Origin: Anaeromyxobacteraceae bacterium
GTDB lineage: Bacteria; Myxococcota; Myxococcia; Myxococcales; Anaeromyxobacteraceae
Direction: 5' to 3'
NCBI GenBank assembly: GCA_047602405.1
Contig: JASGHJ010000001.1
Coordinates: 2,208,001-2,272,000 of the forward strand
Length of the DNA: 64,000 nt
Notes under the pieces: model-generated
What the model saw: only the letters and a program-made list of their open reading frames with translations
Told to the model about the DNA's origin: nothing
Database searches by the model: none
Program-made: the position numbers and the translations under genes
Shown here: positions 49,714 through 63,025 of the stretch, piece after piece
How positions within the stretch are numbered: position 1 is the first letter of the stretch
Layout of the letters: each line of letters starts with the position of its first letter

Positions 49714-52700
49714 GTGTTCCAGTCCACCACGCCATCGCGGCGCACGCTGGTCGCGACCCTCGCGCTCTCGCTCCTCGCCGCCGCGTGCGGCCGCCCCGCC
49801 CCCCAGGACCGGCCGGCGCCCGTGGTCTCCCGCGGCGACGCCGCCATGCTCCCGGTCCTGGCCGCGACCGGCTTCGAGTCGGGGCTCGGCGCGTGGACCG
49901 CGGAGACGACCTCCGGCACGAGCACGTGGCACGCGGTCAGCCACCCCGAGCGGCTGCAGGTCCCCTACGACGTCTGGTGGGCGACGCTGACCGCCGACGT
50001 GGGGCAGCACCTGCCCGCGCGGACCGGCGCGGGCGTGGCGTGGTTCGGCGTCGACGCGATCGGCTCGTACATCGGCACGGGCTACTCGGTCGCCACCTAC
50101 AACGGCGGCTTCTCGGCGGCGGCGCAGTCCGGCACGCTCACCTCGCCGGCCGTCTCGCTCGCCGGCACCGCGCGCGCCGCCGTCGAGTTCGACGCGTGGT
50201 GGGAGATCGAGGGCAAGCCGAGGAACAACACCATCGACGTGATGGCGGTCGAGGTCTCCATCGACGGCGGCACCACCTTCGCCGAGGCGGCGCGGCTCAA
50301 CGGGCAGTTCGCGCCGCCCACCGCCATCCAGGCGAGCCTGAGCTCGGGCGGTCCGGGCATGCCGCCGACGTGGCGCCACTACGCGGTCGACCTCCCGACG
50401 GCGGCCGGCGCGGCCGACGTGCGCGTCCGCTTCCGGTTCGACTCGGGCGACGTCGAGCTGAACGCCTTCCGCGGCTGGGCCCTCGACAACGTCGAGATCG
50501 TGGGCGGGGCCGCGTACCCGGCGCCGGCGATCACCGGCGTCACGCCCGCCGTGAACGCCATCAACGCGCAGTTCACGATCCACGGGCAGAACTTCGTCCA
50601 GGGCGCCACGGTGAAGATGGGCGGGAACACCGTCCCCGCCGCGAACGTCCTCCACCTCGGCGCCGACACGCTCCTCCTGACGGTGCCCTACCTCTCCTCC
50701 CAGGCCTGGGCCCTCACGGTCACCAACCCGGACGGCCAGGCCGCCTTCCTGCCCCTGGGCTTCACGATCACGAGCGACCCGTGGCCCTGGGCCACCGGGA
50801 TCGCGCCGAACAACGTCGCGGCGGGCGTCGCGAACGCCGTGACCGTCACCGGCCAGGGCTTCGTCGCCGGCTCGACCGTCACCGTCGGCGTGCTCCCGGC
50901 GACGAACGTGACCGTGGTCTCGGACACCGAGCTCACCGCGACCTTCCCGGCCCTCCAGCCGGGCAACTACCGGGTGGCGGTCACCTCCCCGAGCGGCCAG
51001 ACCGCCACGAACGAGGCGCTCTACCGCGTGGCGCGGCCCAACGAGGGCTCGACGATCACCGTGACCGCGCCGGCCGGCGGCGAGACCTGGTTCGCGGGCA
51101 CGACCCACGACGTGACCTGGACGCACGCGGGCGCCGCGGCGATGACGATCGAGCTCTGGAGGGACGGCTCGTACGATCGCACGCTCGTCCAGGGCGTCGC
51201 CGCCGCCGCGGGCACCTGGTCCTGGGCGATCCCGGCCGACCTCCCGCGCAGCGCGGGTTACCGCATCCGCGTCGCCAACCAGGTCGGCGTCTCGTCCGAC
51301 CTCTCCGACGCGGTCTTCTCGGTCCCGGTCCACCACGACGTGGCCGCCTCCGCCACGGGGGACGGCGCGCTCACCTGCCCCGCCCGCGTCGCGGACGGCG
51401 CCACCCTGACCTGCACGATCGGCTCGGCCCACGTCACCCTCGTCTCCCTGACCGACAACGGTGCCGACGTCACCGGCCTCGTGTCCGGCGGCGCGTACTC
51501 CGTCGCGAACGTCACGGCGGACCACGCCCTCGTCGCCACCTTCAGCCACGACGTCGAGGCGGTGGCCCTGCACTCCGGCGGCGGCCAGTCGGCCGTCGTC
51601 GACGCTGCGTTCGCGGCGCCGGTCTGCTTCCGCCTCACCGACTTCTGGGGCGCGGGCGTCTCCGGGCGGACCGTCGCCTTCACGGTCCCCGTCACCGGCG
51701 CCCGGGCGGTGCTCTCCTCCGCGGCCGTCGCCTCCGACGTGAACGGCGACGCCTGCGTCGGCCTGACCGCGGGCACGGTGACCGGCAGCTACCTCGTCAC
51801 CGCCCAGCACGGCGCGCTGTCCGCCACCGCGGGCGCCACCAACACCGCGGGGGCCGCGGCGACGCTCGTCGCCCTCGCCGGCGGCGGCCAGGCCGCCACC
51901 GTGGACGCCGCCTTCGGGGGCGCGCTCACGGTGCTGGCGACGGACCTCCACGACAACGCCGTCCCGGGCGCGACCGTCGCCTTCGCCGCGCCGGCCACCG
52001 GCGCGAGCGCGACGCTCTCCGCCGCGTCCGTCACGACCGCGGCCGACGGCACCGCGAGCGTCACCGCCACCGCGAGGACGATCGCGGGGGCGTACACCGT
52101 CTCGGCCACCACCGCCGGGGTCGGCACGCCGGCCACCTTCGGCCTCACGAACCTGGCCGGCCCCGCGGCCTCCATGGCCGCCGTCGCCGGCGCGACGCCG
52201 CAGTCCGCCACCGTCGCCACCGGGTTCGCGAATCCGCTCGCCGTCGTCGTGACCGACACCCACGGCAACGCCGTGAAGGACGTGACCGTCACCTGGACCG
52301 CCCCGGCGGCCGGGGCGCGCGCCTCGCTCTCCGCCGCGACCGCCACGACCAACGCGGCGGGCACCGCGAGCGTCACGGCCACCGCCGGCACCGTCGCCGG
52401 CGCGTACGCCGTGGACGCGACCACCTCGGGCGGGCTCCTCGTCTCGTTCGTCCTGACGAACACGGCGGGCGCTCCGGCGTCCGTCGCGAAGGCCTCGGGC
52501 GACGGCCAGACCGCCACGGTGGGCGCGGCCTTCGCGGGGGCCCTCGAGCTCCAGGTCGGCGATCTCCACGGCAACCCGGTCCCGGGCGCCAGCGTGACCT
52601 GGTCCGCCCCGGCGGCCGGCGCGCGCGCGTCGCTCTCGGCGAGCGCCACGACGACCGCGGCGAACGGCCGGACCTCGGTCACCGCCACCGCCGGCACGGT

Positions 52701-55700
52701 CGCGGGTGGGTATCTCGTCACCGCCACGGTCGGGGCCTTCTCGACCACGTTCTCGCTCACCAACACCCCCGGCGCCGTGGCCTCGATCGCGGCCGTCGGC
52801 GGCAGCGGCCAGTCCGCCACGGTCGACACCGCGTTCGGTGCCGGCCTCTCGGCCAAGGTGGCCGACACCCACGGGAACGGCGTGCCCGGCGTCACCGTCA
52901 CCTTCGCGGCGCCGGCGTCCGGCGCGCGCGCGTCGCTCTCGGCCGCGACCGCCACCACGAACGCCTCCGGGATCGCGGCGGTGACCGTCACCGCGGGCAC
53001 CGCCGCCGGCGCCTACCAGGTGAGCGCCACGGCGTCCGGCGCGGCCTCGCCGGCCACCTTCGATCTCACGAACACCCCCGGCGCGGTCGCCGCCTTGACC
53101 ACCGCCTCCGGCTCGACGCCGCAGAGCGCGACGGTGGGCGGCACGGCCTTCGCGGGTGCGCTCGCCGTCACCGTGACGGACGGGTTCGGCAACCCGACCC
53201 CGGGCGTCACGGTCACCTTCGCCGCGCCCGCCCCTCGCGCGACCCTCTCGGCCGCCGCCGCGACCACGAACGCCACGGGCGTCGCCCAGGTCACGGCCAC
53301 GACCGGCGCCGTCGCCGGCAGCTACTTCGTGACCGCGACGGCGTCGGGCCAGACCGCCGCGTTCGCGCTCACGAACCTCGCCGGCCCTGCCGCGAACGTC
53401 GTGGCCGTCTCCGGAGCGACCCCGCAGTCGGCGACCGTCGGGACCGCCTTCGCGAACCCGCTCGGCGTGACCGTCTCCGACACCTACGGCAACCCGATCC
53501 AGGGCGTCACGGTCTCGTACGCGGCGCCGGCCACGGGCGCGAAGGCCAGCCTCTCGCCCGCCACCGCCACCACCGACGCCGCCGGCCTCGCCGCGGTGAC
53601 CGCCACGGCGGGCACCCTCGCCGGCCCCTACGTCGTCACCGCCAGCGCGGCCGGCGTGGCGACCCCGGCCTCCTTCGCGCTCACGAACCTGCCCGGCGCG
53701 CCCGCCTCCATGACGGCCGCCGGCACCGCGACGCCCCAGTCGGCGACGGTCGGGGCCGCCTTCGCGAACCCGCTCGCCGTCACCGTCCGGGATGCGTCCG
53801 GGAACGTGGTCCCCGGCGTCACGGTCGACTTCACCGCACCGGCCTCCGGCGCGCGCGCGAGCCTCTCGGCCGGCAGCGCCACGACCGACGCGACCGGCAG
53901 GGCCTCGGTCACCGCCACCGCGGGGACCGTGGCCGGCGCCTACACCGTGTCCGCCGCCCTCTCCGGCGGCCCGTCGGCGTCCTTCGCGCTGACGAACCTC
54001 GCCGACGCCGCCGCGGCCCTCGTGCTCGAGGCCGGCGACGGGCAGGCCGCCACCGTCGGCGGAAGCTTCGCGACCGCGCTGGGCGTCCGCGTGCGAGACG
54101 CGCAGGGCAACCCCGTCGCGGGCGTCCTCGTCTCCTTCTCGTCCCCGGCCTCCGGCCCGACCGCGGTCGTGTCCGCGCCCTCGGTCACCACCGGCGCCGA
54201 CGGCAAGGCGAGCGTCACCGCGACCGCCGGCACGATCGCCGGCGCGTACCAGGTCACGGCGTCCGCCCCGGGGGCCGCCGCCCCGGTCGCGTTCCAGCTC
54301 GAGAACCTCGCCGGCGCGCCCGCGGCGATCGCCGCCGTGGCGGGCTCCACGCCGCAGACCGCGCCCGCCGGCGCGATCGCGTTCGCGAATCCGCTCGCGG
54401 TGCTCGTCTCCGACGCGCACGGCAACCCGGTCCCCGGCGCGCAGGTCGACTTCGCCGCCCCGGCGGCGGGCGCGACCGCGGGCCTCTCGGCGCCGGGCGC
54501 CACGACCGACGCCGCCGGCGTGGCGGGGGTCGAGGCGACCTCCGGCGACGTGGCCGGCACGTTCAGCGTCACCGCGAGCGTCGCGGGCGGCCTCTCGGCC
54601 TCCTTCGAGCTCACGAACGCCCCCGGCCAGCCCACGACCCTCACGCTCGTCTCCGGCGACCCCCAGGCGGCCTCCGCCGGGACGGCCTTCGCCCTCCCGC
54701 TCGCCGTGCACCTCGCCGACGCCCACGGCAACGCCGTGCCGGGCGTGACCGTCGCGTTCCTCGCGCCGTCGAGCGGCGCCCGCGCGGCGCTCTCCTCGGG
54801 CGGCGTCGCGACCGACGCCGCCGGGGACGCGGCGGTCACCGCCACCGCCGGCACGATCGCCGGCGCGTACCAGGTCACGGCCGGCGCGAGCGGGGTCGCG
54901 AGCCCGGTCGTGTTCCACCTCGAGAACCTGGCCGGTGCCGCCGCGGTCGTCACCGCGGCGCCGGCCGCCGCCACGCAGGCGGCCAAGGTCGGCACCGCGT
55001 TCGCCCAGCCGCTCGCGGTGCTCGTCGCCGACGCCCACGGCAACCCCGTGTCCGGCGCCACCGTGACGTACGCGGCGCCGTCGAGCGGCGCGCGCGCGCA
55101 GCTCTCCGCCGCGTCCGCCACCTCCGGCGCGACGGGCGCCGCGTCGGTCACCGCCACGGCCGGCACGGTCGCGGGCGCGTACGTCGTGACGGCCTCCTGC
55201 GGCGCGGCCACCCCGGCCACGTTCGACCTCACCAACACGGCGGGCGCGCCGAGCACCGTCGCGGTCTCGGCGGGCGGCACCCAGTCCGCCGCGGTCGGCT
55301 CGGCCTTCGGGGCCCCGCTCGTGGCGATCGTCCGCGACGCGAGCGGCAACCCGGTCTCCGGGGTGACGGTCGCCTTCGCCGCCCCGGCCGCGGGGGCCCG
55401 CGCCACGCTCTCGGCGCCCGAGGCCGTCACCGCGGCCGACGGCAAGGCCTCGGTGACGGCGACCGCCGGCACCGTCGCCGGGCCCTACGCCGTGACGGCG
55501 ACCTTCGCCGGCGCGGCCGCGCCCGCGTCGTTCCCGCTCACGAACGTCGCGGGGGCGGCGGCCACGGCCGTCGCGGACGCCGCCTCCTCCGAGCAGGCGG
55601 CCACGGTCGGCGCCGCCTTCGCCGCGCCGCTCGCCGTGACGGTCGCCGACACGTTCGGCAACCCGGTCGCCGGTCAGGCCGTCGCGTTCGCCTGCCCGGC

Positions 55701-56298
55701 GTCCGGCGCGCGCTGCACCCTCGGCGCCGCGAGCGCCGTCACCGACGCCGCCGGCCGGGCGAGCGTCACCGCCACCGCGGGCGGGACGCCGGGCGCCTAC
55801 GCCGCCACGGCCACCGCCGGGGCGCTCACCCCGGTGAGCTTCGCGCTCGAGAACCTCCTCGGCGCGCCGTCCTCGATCGCGGTGCTCTCCGGCGCCGTCC
55901 AGCGCGCGATCTCCGGGGCCGCGTTCGCGACGCCGCTCGCGGTGCAGGTGCTCGACCCGATGGGCAACCCCATCCCGTCGGCCCGCGTCGCGTGGGTGGT
56001 CGTCCCGGGCACGTCGACGGGCGGCAGGCTCTCGACCGAGTCGTCGCTCACCGGCGCGGACGGCAAGACCGGCGTCACCGTGACCGCGACTGGCAGCGTC
56101 GGTGCGTTCCAGGTCCGCGCCTCGGTGGCAGGGGTCGCCACGCCGGGCGTCTTCACCCTCACCATCGACCCGGCGCCCGCGCCGGCGAAGAAGGGCGGGG
56201 GCGGGTGCGCCACGGGCGGAGAGGGCGGCCTCGCGCTCCTGCCGCTCGCGCTCGCCGCGCGCCGCCTGCGGCGGCGCCGCGGCGGCGCCTCAGTGTGA
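49714..56298 (+). CDS. Giant surface protein: lipobox, jelly-roll-like domain, IPT/TIG domains, ~15 Big_1 (invasin-like) repeats, MYXO-CTERM-like tail
   Basis: LLAAA-C; repeats of D..GN.V.G.TV.F.AP..GA.A.LS; C-terminal KKGGGGCATGG-hydrophobic-RRRR. Confidence 0.88.
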   Translation: MFQSTTPSRRTLVATLALSLLAAACGRPAPQDRPAPVVSRGDAAMLPVLAATGFESGLGAWTAETTSGTSTWHAVSHPERLQVPYDVWWATLTADVGQHLPARTGAGVAWFGVDAIGSYIGTGYSVATYNGGFSAAAQSGTLTSPAVSLAGTARAAVEFDAWWEIEGKPRNNTIDVMAVEVSIDGGTTFAEAARLNGQFAPPTAIQASLSSGGPGMPPTWRHYAVDLPTAAGAADVRVRFRFDSGDVELNAFRGWALDNVEIVGGAAYPAPAITGVTPAVNAINAQFTIHGQNFVQGATVKMGGNTVPAANVLHLGADTLLLTVPYLSSQAWALTVTNPDGQAAFLPLGFTITSDPWPWATGIAPNNVAAGVANAVTVTGQGFVAGSTVTVGVLPATNVTVVSDTELTATFPALQPGNYRVAVTSPSGQTATNEALYRVARPNEGSTITVTAPAGGETWFAGTTHDVTWTHAGAAAMTIELWRDGSYDRTLVQGVAAAAGTWSWAIPADLPRSAGYRIRVANQVGVSSDLSDAVFSVPVHHDVAASATGDGALTCPARVADGATLTCTIGSAHVTLVSLTDNGADVTGLVSGGAYSVANVTADHALVATFSHDVEAVALHSGGGQSAVVDAAFAAPVCFRLTDFWGAGVSGRTVAFTVPVTGARAVLSSAAVASDVNGDACVGLTAGTVTGSYLVTAQHGALSATAGATNTAGAAATLVALAGGGQAATVDAAFGGALTVLATDLHDNAVPGATVAFAAPATGASATLSAASVTTAADGTASVTATARTIAGAYTVSATTAGVGTPATFGLTNLAGPAASMAAVAGATPQSATVATGFANPLAVVVTDTHGNAVKDVTVTWTAPAAGARASLSAATATTNAAGTASVTATAGTVAGAYAVDATTSGGLLVSFVLTNTAGAPASVAKASGDGQTATVGAAFAGALELQVGDLHGNPVPGASVTWSAPAAGARASLSASATTTAANGRTSVTATAGTVAGGYLVTATVGAFSTTFSLTNTPGAVASIAAVGGSGQSATVDTAFGAGLSAKVADTHGNGVPGVTVTFAAPASGARASLSAATATTNASGIAAVTVTAGTAAGAYQVSATASGAASPATFDLTNTPGAVAALTTASGSTPQSATVGGTAFAGALAVTVTDGFGNPTPGVTVTFAAPAPRATLSAAAATTNATGVAQVTATTGAVAGSYFVTATASGQTAAFALTNLAGPAANVVAVSGATPQSATVGTAFANPLGVTVSDTYGNPIQGVTVSYAAPATGAKASLSPATATTDAAGLAAVTATAGTLAGPYVVTASAAGVATPASFALTNLPGAPASMTAAGTATPQSATVGAAFANPLAVTVRDASGNVVPGVTVDFTAPASGARASLSAGSATTDATGRASVTATAGTVAGAYTVSAALSGGPSASFALTNLADAAAALVLEAGDGQAATVGGSFATALGVRVRDAQGNPVAGVLVSFSSPASGPTAVVSAPSVTTGADGKASVTATAGTIAGAYQVTASAPGAAAPVAFQLENLAGAPAAIAAVAGSTPQTAPAGAIAFANPLAVLVSDAHGNPVPGAQVDFAAPAAGATAGLSAPGATTDAAGVAGVEATSGDVAGTFSVTASVAGGLSASFELTNAPGQPTTLTLVSGDPQAASAGTAFALPLAVHLADAHGNAVPGVTVAFLAPSSGARAALSSGGVATDAAGDAAVTATAGTIAGAYQVTAGASGVASPVVFHLENLAGAAAVVTAAPAAATQAAKVGTAFAQPLAVLVADAHGNPVSGATVTYAAPSSGARAQLSAASATSGATGAASVTATAGTVAGAYVVTASCGAATPATFDLTNTAGAPSTVAVSAGGTQSAAVGSAFGAPLVAIVRDASGNPVSGVTVAFAAPAAGARATLSAPEAVTAADGKASVTATAGTVAGPYAVTATFAGAAAPASFPLTNVAGAAATAVADAASSEQAATVGAAFAAPLAVTVADTFGNPVAGQAVAFACPASGARCTLGAASAVTDAAGRASVTATAGGTPGAYAATATAGALTPVSFALENLLGAPSSIAVLSGAVQRAISGAAFATPLAVQVLDPMGNPIPSARVAWVVVPGTSTGGRLSTESSLTGADGKTGVTVTATGSVGAFQVRASVAGVATPGVFTLTIDPAPAPAKKGGGGCATGGEGGLALLPLALAARRLRRRRGGASV

Positions 56299-56595
56299 CG
56301 TGAGGTACATCGCCGTCTGGAGCACCCCGACGAACGCCACGACGGCGGCGGCGCTGACCGCCGCCTTCGTGGTGCTCCGGAACCAGGCGAGGAGCCCCGG
56401 CAGCGCGAGCCCGAGCGGGAACACGAGCCCGAGCGGCACGTTCGTCACGTGCACGCGCACGAGGCCGAGGGCCATCGCGAGCTCGGAGGCCGCCGCCAGC
56501 GCCGCGATCCCGGGGACGACCCGGGACGGCGAGACGAGGAGCAGCACGAGGGCGGCGAGCAGGACACCCGCCGCCATGCCGATCTGCAGGGTCAT
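56290..56595 (-). CDS. Small multi-TM membrane protein (101 aa)
   Basis: MTLQIGMAAGVLLAALVLLL..., several hydrophobic segments, GC3-rich. Confidence 0.7.
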   Translation of the reverse strand: MTLQIGMAAGVLLAALVLLLVSPSRVVPGIAALAAASELAMALGLVRVHVTNVPLGLVFPLGLALPGLLAWFRSTTKAAVSAAAVVAFVGVLQTAMYLTSH

Positions 56596-56663
56596 GGCGC
56601 AGCTTCTCCGTGGGCCAGGGACCCACGTACCGGGGGAGGGGGGCGGAGCCCCCCAGGATGGTC

Positions 56664-59492
<2,829 letters not shown>

Positions 59493-59594
59493 GGGGAGGC
59501 CCTCGCGAGGTGGGGGGAAAAGAGCCGAGCACCCGTGTTTACGCCGCCCCCACGGCCGGATCAACGGTGTAGACGTGGGGGCGGAGGAAGCACG

Positions 59595-61112
59595 GTGACC
59601 GTCCCCTCGAAGCTCTACCGCCCCGCCCTCGGGCTCCTGACCGACTTCTACGAGCTCACCATGGCGGCGGCCGCCCTGAGGACCGGCCTCGCCGGGAAGG
59701 AGGCCGCGTTCACGGTCTCCTTCAGGCACCACCCGTTCCACGGGGGCTTCACGGTGGCGGCCGGGCTCGAGCACGTGGCGGACCTCGTGGAGTCGTGGCG
59801 GTACGACCCGGAGGACCTCGCGTTCCTGGCGGCCCAGCGCGGGGCCGACGGGGAGCCGCTCTTCGAGCCGGCGTTCCTGCGGGCGCTCGAGACGCTCCGG
59901 ATGGACGTCGACGTGGACGGCGTCCCGGAGGGGACGGCGGTGTTCCCGGGCGAGCCGGTCCTCAGGGTGACCGGGCCGGTGCTGCCGAGCTTCCTCCTCG
60001 AGTCCGCCATCCTCGCCATCGTGAACTTCCAGACCCTCGTCGCGACGAAGGCGGCGCGCGTCGTGCTGGCCGCGCGCGGCGAGCCGGTGCTCGAGTTCGG
60101 CCTGAGGCGCGCGCAGGGGCTCGACGGCGCGCTCTCGGCGAGCCGGGCCGCGTACGTGGGCGGCTGCGCGGCCACCTCCAACACGCTCGCCGCCCGGCTC
60201 TTCGGGATTCCGGCGAAGGGGACGCACGCGCACTCGTGGGTGATGCTCCACGGCGACGAGCGCGAGGCGTTCGAGGCGTACGCGCGGGCGATGCCGGGGA
60301 ACTGCGTGTTCCTCGTGGACACGTACGCCTCGCTCGCCGGCGTCGACCACGCCATCGAGGCGGGCCGGATGCTGCGGGCGCTGGGGAAGGACCTGGTCGG
60401 CATCCGCCTCGACTCGGGCGACCTCGCGTGGCTCTCCATCGAGGCCCGGCGCAGGCTCGACGCCGCCGGGTTCGGGCAGGCGGCCATCCTCGGGTCGAAC
60501 GAGCTCGACGAGCACATCATCGAGAGCCTGAAGCTGCAGGGCGCCACGATCTCGGTGTGGGGCGTCGGCACGAAGCTCGTCACCGGCGCCGAGGACGGCG
60601 CGCTCGGCGGGGTCTACAAGCTCGGCGCGGTGCGGGACGGCCCGGACGCGCCGTGGCAGCCGCGCATCAAGCTCTCCGAGCAGACCGCGAAGGTGAACGT
60701 GCCCGGCGTGCTCGGCGTGCGGCGGTTCGCGAAGGACGGGGAGTTCGTGGCGGACGTGATCCACGAGGCGAGCCTGGGGCTGCCGCGACCGCTCGTGATG
60801 GTGGACCCGAACGACCCGACGCGGAGGCGCGAGCTCGACGTTGCCGACGGCGGGAGGGCCGCCGACGGGAAGGGCGGGCTGGTGTCGGAGGAGCTGCTCG
60901 TGCCGGTGTTCCGGCGCGGGCAGCGCGTGTGGCAGGCGCCGCCGCTCGCCGAGTCGCGGGCGCGGACCGCCGCGCAGCTCGCGCGCTTCCACGGTGGCGT
61001 GAAGCGCTTCGTGAACCCGCACCTCTACCCCGTGGGCCTCGAGCGGCACCTGCACGAGCTCCGCACGCGCCTCGTGATGGAGGCGCGCGGGGTGGCGGGG
61101 CTGCCGGGCTGA
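59595..61112 (+). CDS. pncB: Nicotinate phosphoribosyltransferase
   Basis: [50 protein letters not shown]. Confidence 0.95.
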   Translation: MTVPSKLYRPALGLLTDFYELTMAAAALRTGLAGKEAAFTVSFRHHPFHGGFTVAAGLEHVADLVESWRYDPEDLAFLAAQRGADGEPLFEPAFLRALETLRMDVDVDGVPEGTAVFPGEPVLRVTGPVLPSFLLESAILAIVNFQTLVATKAARVVLAARGEPVLEFGLRRAQGLDGALSASRAAYVGGCAATSNTLAARLFGIPAKGTHAHSWVMLHGDEREAFEAYARAMPGNCVFLVDTYASLAGVDHAIEAGRMLRALGKDLVGIRLDSGDLAWLSIEARRRLDAAGFGQAAILGSNELDEHIIESLKLQGATISVWGVGTKLVTGAEDGALGGVYKLGAVRDGPDAPWQPRIKLSEQTAKVNVPGVLGVRRFAKDGEFVADVIHEASLGLPRPLVMVDPNDPTRRRELDVADGGRAADGKGGLVSEELLVPVFRRGQRVWQAPPLAESRARTAAQLARFHGGVKRFVNPHLYPVGLERHLHELRTRLVMEARGVAGLPG

Positions 61113-61523
61113 AGGGCCCGTTCCCGCAGTCCGTGATCGTGGCCCGGCCAGGTCGACGATCCCGCCGGGTGGAGCGCCGCGCCGGATCCCTCGTTCGGTG
61201 CCCCCGGGGCGGGTCGCGCCCGCCCGGCGACGCGCTCCGCCGCGAGATGCCGGGACATTCTCCACGCGTGAATCCTGAGCGCGCGTCGCAGGGTCGCAAA
61301 CGGGGGAGCACCCCCGGCGAGCTCGGGGGTCGTGGATTCACGGACAGGCAACTCGCACGCTGGGTGTCGAGTCGGATGCGCGGGTCCGCAACCGCAGCGC
61401 TTCGGATGCGCGCGTCCGCGATCACGCGCCACGTTGACGGCGTCGCGTGCGAGGCGCGTGATGCGAGGTGGAGGGGCGGCGCCGTTCCTTCGACGATCCG
61501 CCCTCCCAGCGAGGAGGAGGGCC

Positions 61524-61949
61524 ATGAGAAGGCACAACGGCTGGGTGGTCGCGGTGGTGACGGCGCTGGTGCTGGTTCCCTTCGGCGCGAGGGCGGAGCG
61601 CCCCAGGCTGACGCACGATCTGGTGGTGGACGGCAAGGCGGCGTTCGCCGCGCGCTGCGCGAGCTGCCATGGAGAGGAAGGGCGGGGAGACGGTCCGGCT
61701 GCGGCGGCCCTCCCGGTGATGCCGCGCGACCTCAGGCGCGACGGCTACACCCGCGGGCGGAAGGCGCCCGAGGTGTTCGCGACGCTCGCGACCGGGACCG
61801 AGCACGCGATGCCGAGCTTCGACGCGCTGCCGGAGCGTGAGCGGTGGGCGCTCACCTACCGCGTGCTGCTCCTCCACGCCGCCGGGCGCAGCGAGCGCAC
61901 CCACGCGGAACCGACCGCCATGCTCGGCGTCGAGGGTGCCGCGCCGTGA
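61524..61949 (+). CDS. Monoheme class I cytochrome c
   Basis: [13 protein letters not shown], signal peptide, CASCH, GRGDG, distal Met in AMPSF. Confidence 0.88.
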   Translation: MRRHNGWVVAVVTALVLVPFGARAERPRLTHDLVVDGKAAFAARCASCHGEEGRGDGPAAAALPVMPRDLRRDGYTRGRKAPEVFATLATGTEHAMPSFDALPERERWALTYRVLLLHAAGRSERTHAEPTAMLGVEGAAP

Positions 61950-62012
61950 GCACGCCCGATCACGGTCTCGCCGGGCGCGCCCGAGTCCGGACCCGCCCGG
62001 CGACGGCACGAA

Positions 62013-62102
62013 GGCTGGTCGCTGGCAGGCAGGTCGCCGGCACGGCGGCCGCTGGCAGGGTGGCCGTTCGCAAGCAGCACGTCCGCAGGCAGGCCGTTCG
62101 AA
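62013..62102 (+). repeat. Six degenerate 15-bp tandem repeats
   Basis: GGCTGGTCGCTGGCA / GGCAGGTCGCCGGCA / CGGCGGCCGCTGGCA / GGGTGGCCGTTCGCA / AGCAGCACGTCCGCA / GGCAGGCCGTTCGAA. Confidence 0.6.
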
Positions 62103-62114
62103 AGGAGCGTCCCC

Positions 62115-62615
62115 GTGTCCGTGCGGTGGCTCATCGGTGTCGTGTCCTGCGTGCTCGTCTCCTCGTCCCCGGCCTCGGCGCGCGATCTCGGGCCGTGCCG
62201 GCTCCTCGAGGTCCGGAGCGAGGAGCTCCCGTCCCGCGCCTGCCTCTCGTGCCACGACGGGGGCCGCGCCGTGCGCATCTGCCCGGGGCACAAGGTCGGC
62301 GAGCCGTACCCGGAGCTCGGCGACTCGCGCAACACGCTCCGGACCCTGCGGGAGGTGCGGCGGCGCGGCGTCAACCTGCCCGGCGGCAACGTCGAGTGCG
62401 TGACCTGCCACAGCGGAAGGTCGCCGTGGGAGAGCCACCTCGCGCTGCCCGAAGGGACGCACGCCCTCCCGCGGGTCGACCCGCACGACCCGAGGACGTA
62501 CGAGGATCGGCCCAACTGGCGCCTCACGCTGCCGGACGCGGCGGCGCGCGTCCCGGGCACGCCGGTCTGCCCGGCGATGCTGTGCGTGAGCTGCCACGCG
62601 TTCGCCGATCCGTGA
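62115..62615 (+). CDS. Small multiheme (3 CxxCH) cytochrome c
   Basis: AAGGAG RBS, signal peptide, CLSCH, CVTCH, CVSCH. Confidence 0.85.
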   Translation: MSVRWLIGVVSCVLVSSSPASARDLGPCRLLEVRSEELPSRACLSCHDGGRAVRICPGHKVGEPYPELGDSRNTLRTLREVRRRGVNLPGGNVECVTCHSGRSPWESHLALPEGTHALPRVDPHDPRTYEDRPNWRLTLPDAAARVPGTPVCPAMLCVSCHAFADP

Positions 62616-62701
62616 GGGGCGGGGCCGGCAGGGAAGCAGCGCGCAGGGCGAGCACCAGGGCGAGGTTGATCCCTGCCGGGTACCTTGGTACATCGGTAAC
62701 C

Positions 62702-63025
62702 ATGGCTACCCCGAAGAAGTCCCGCCGCTCCGCCCCGGCCGCTCCGCCCGTCCGCCCCGGGGCGGGCCCCCGCCCCGCCGTCACCGCCGACCGCGTCCAG
62801 ACCGGCGTCCGGCTCGAGAAGCGCCTCCTCAAGGTCCTGAAGGGCCTCGCCGAGCTGAAGGACCTCTCCCTCGGCGACCTCCTCGAGGGCATCGTCCTGC
62901 ACGCGCTGGAGGGGAAGGCGCCCTTCTCGCCGGCGACCATGAAGGAGATCGCCCGGCTGCGCGCCATCTACGGGCTCACGCTGAAGGCCGCCGACAGCCA
63001 CCGGCTCGAGGAGCGTGGCCGGTGA
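62702..63025 (+). CDS. Hypothetical protein, possibly ribbon-helix-helix-like
   Basis: RVQTGVRLEKRLLKVLKGLAE..SLGDLLEGIV. Confidence 0.7.
   Translation: MATPKKSRRSAPAAPPVRPGAGPRPAVTADRVQTGVRLEKRLLKVLKGLAELKDLSLGDLLEGIVLHALEGKAPFSPATMKEIARLRAIYGLTLKAADSHRLEERGR

Noticed and set aside
61844..63025. Single 393-aa ORF spanning the cytochrome region
   Set aside because: It overlaps two better-supported cytochrome genes that have their own RBSs; only 62702-63025 looks like a real gene.
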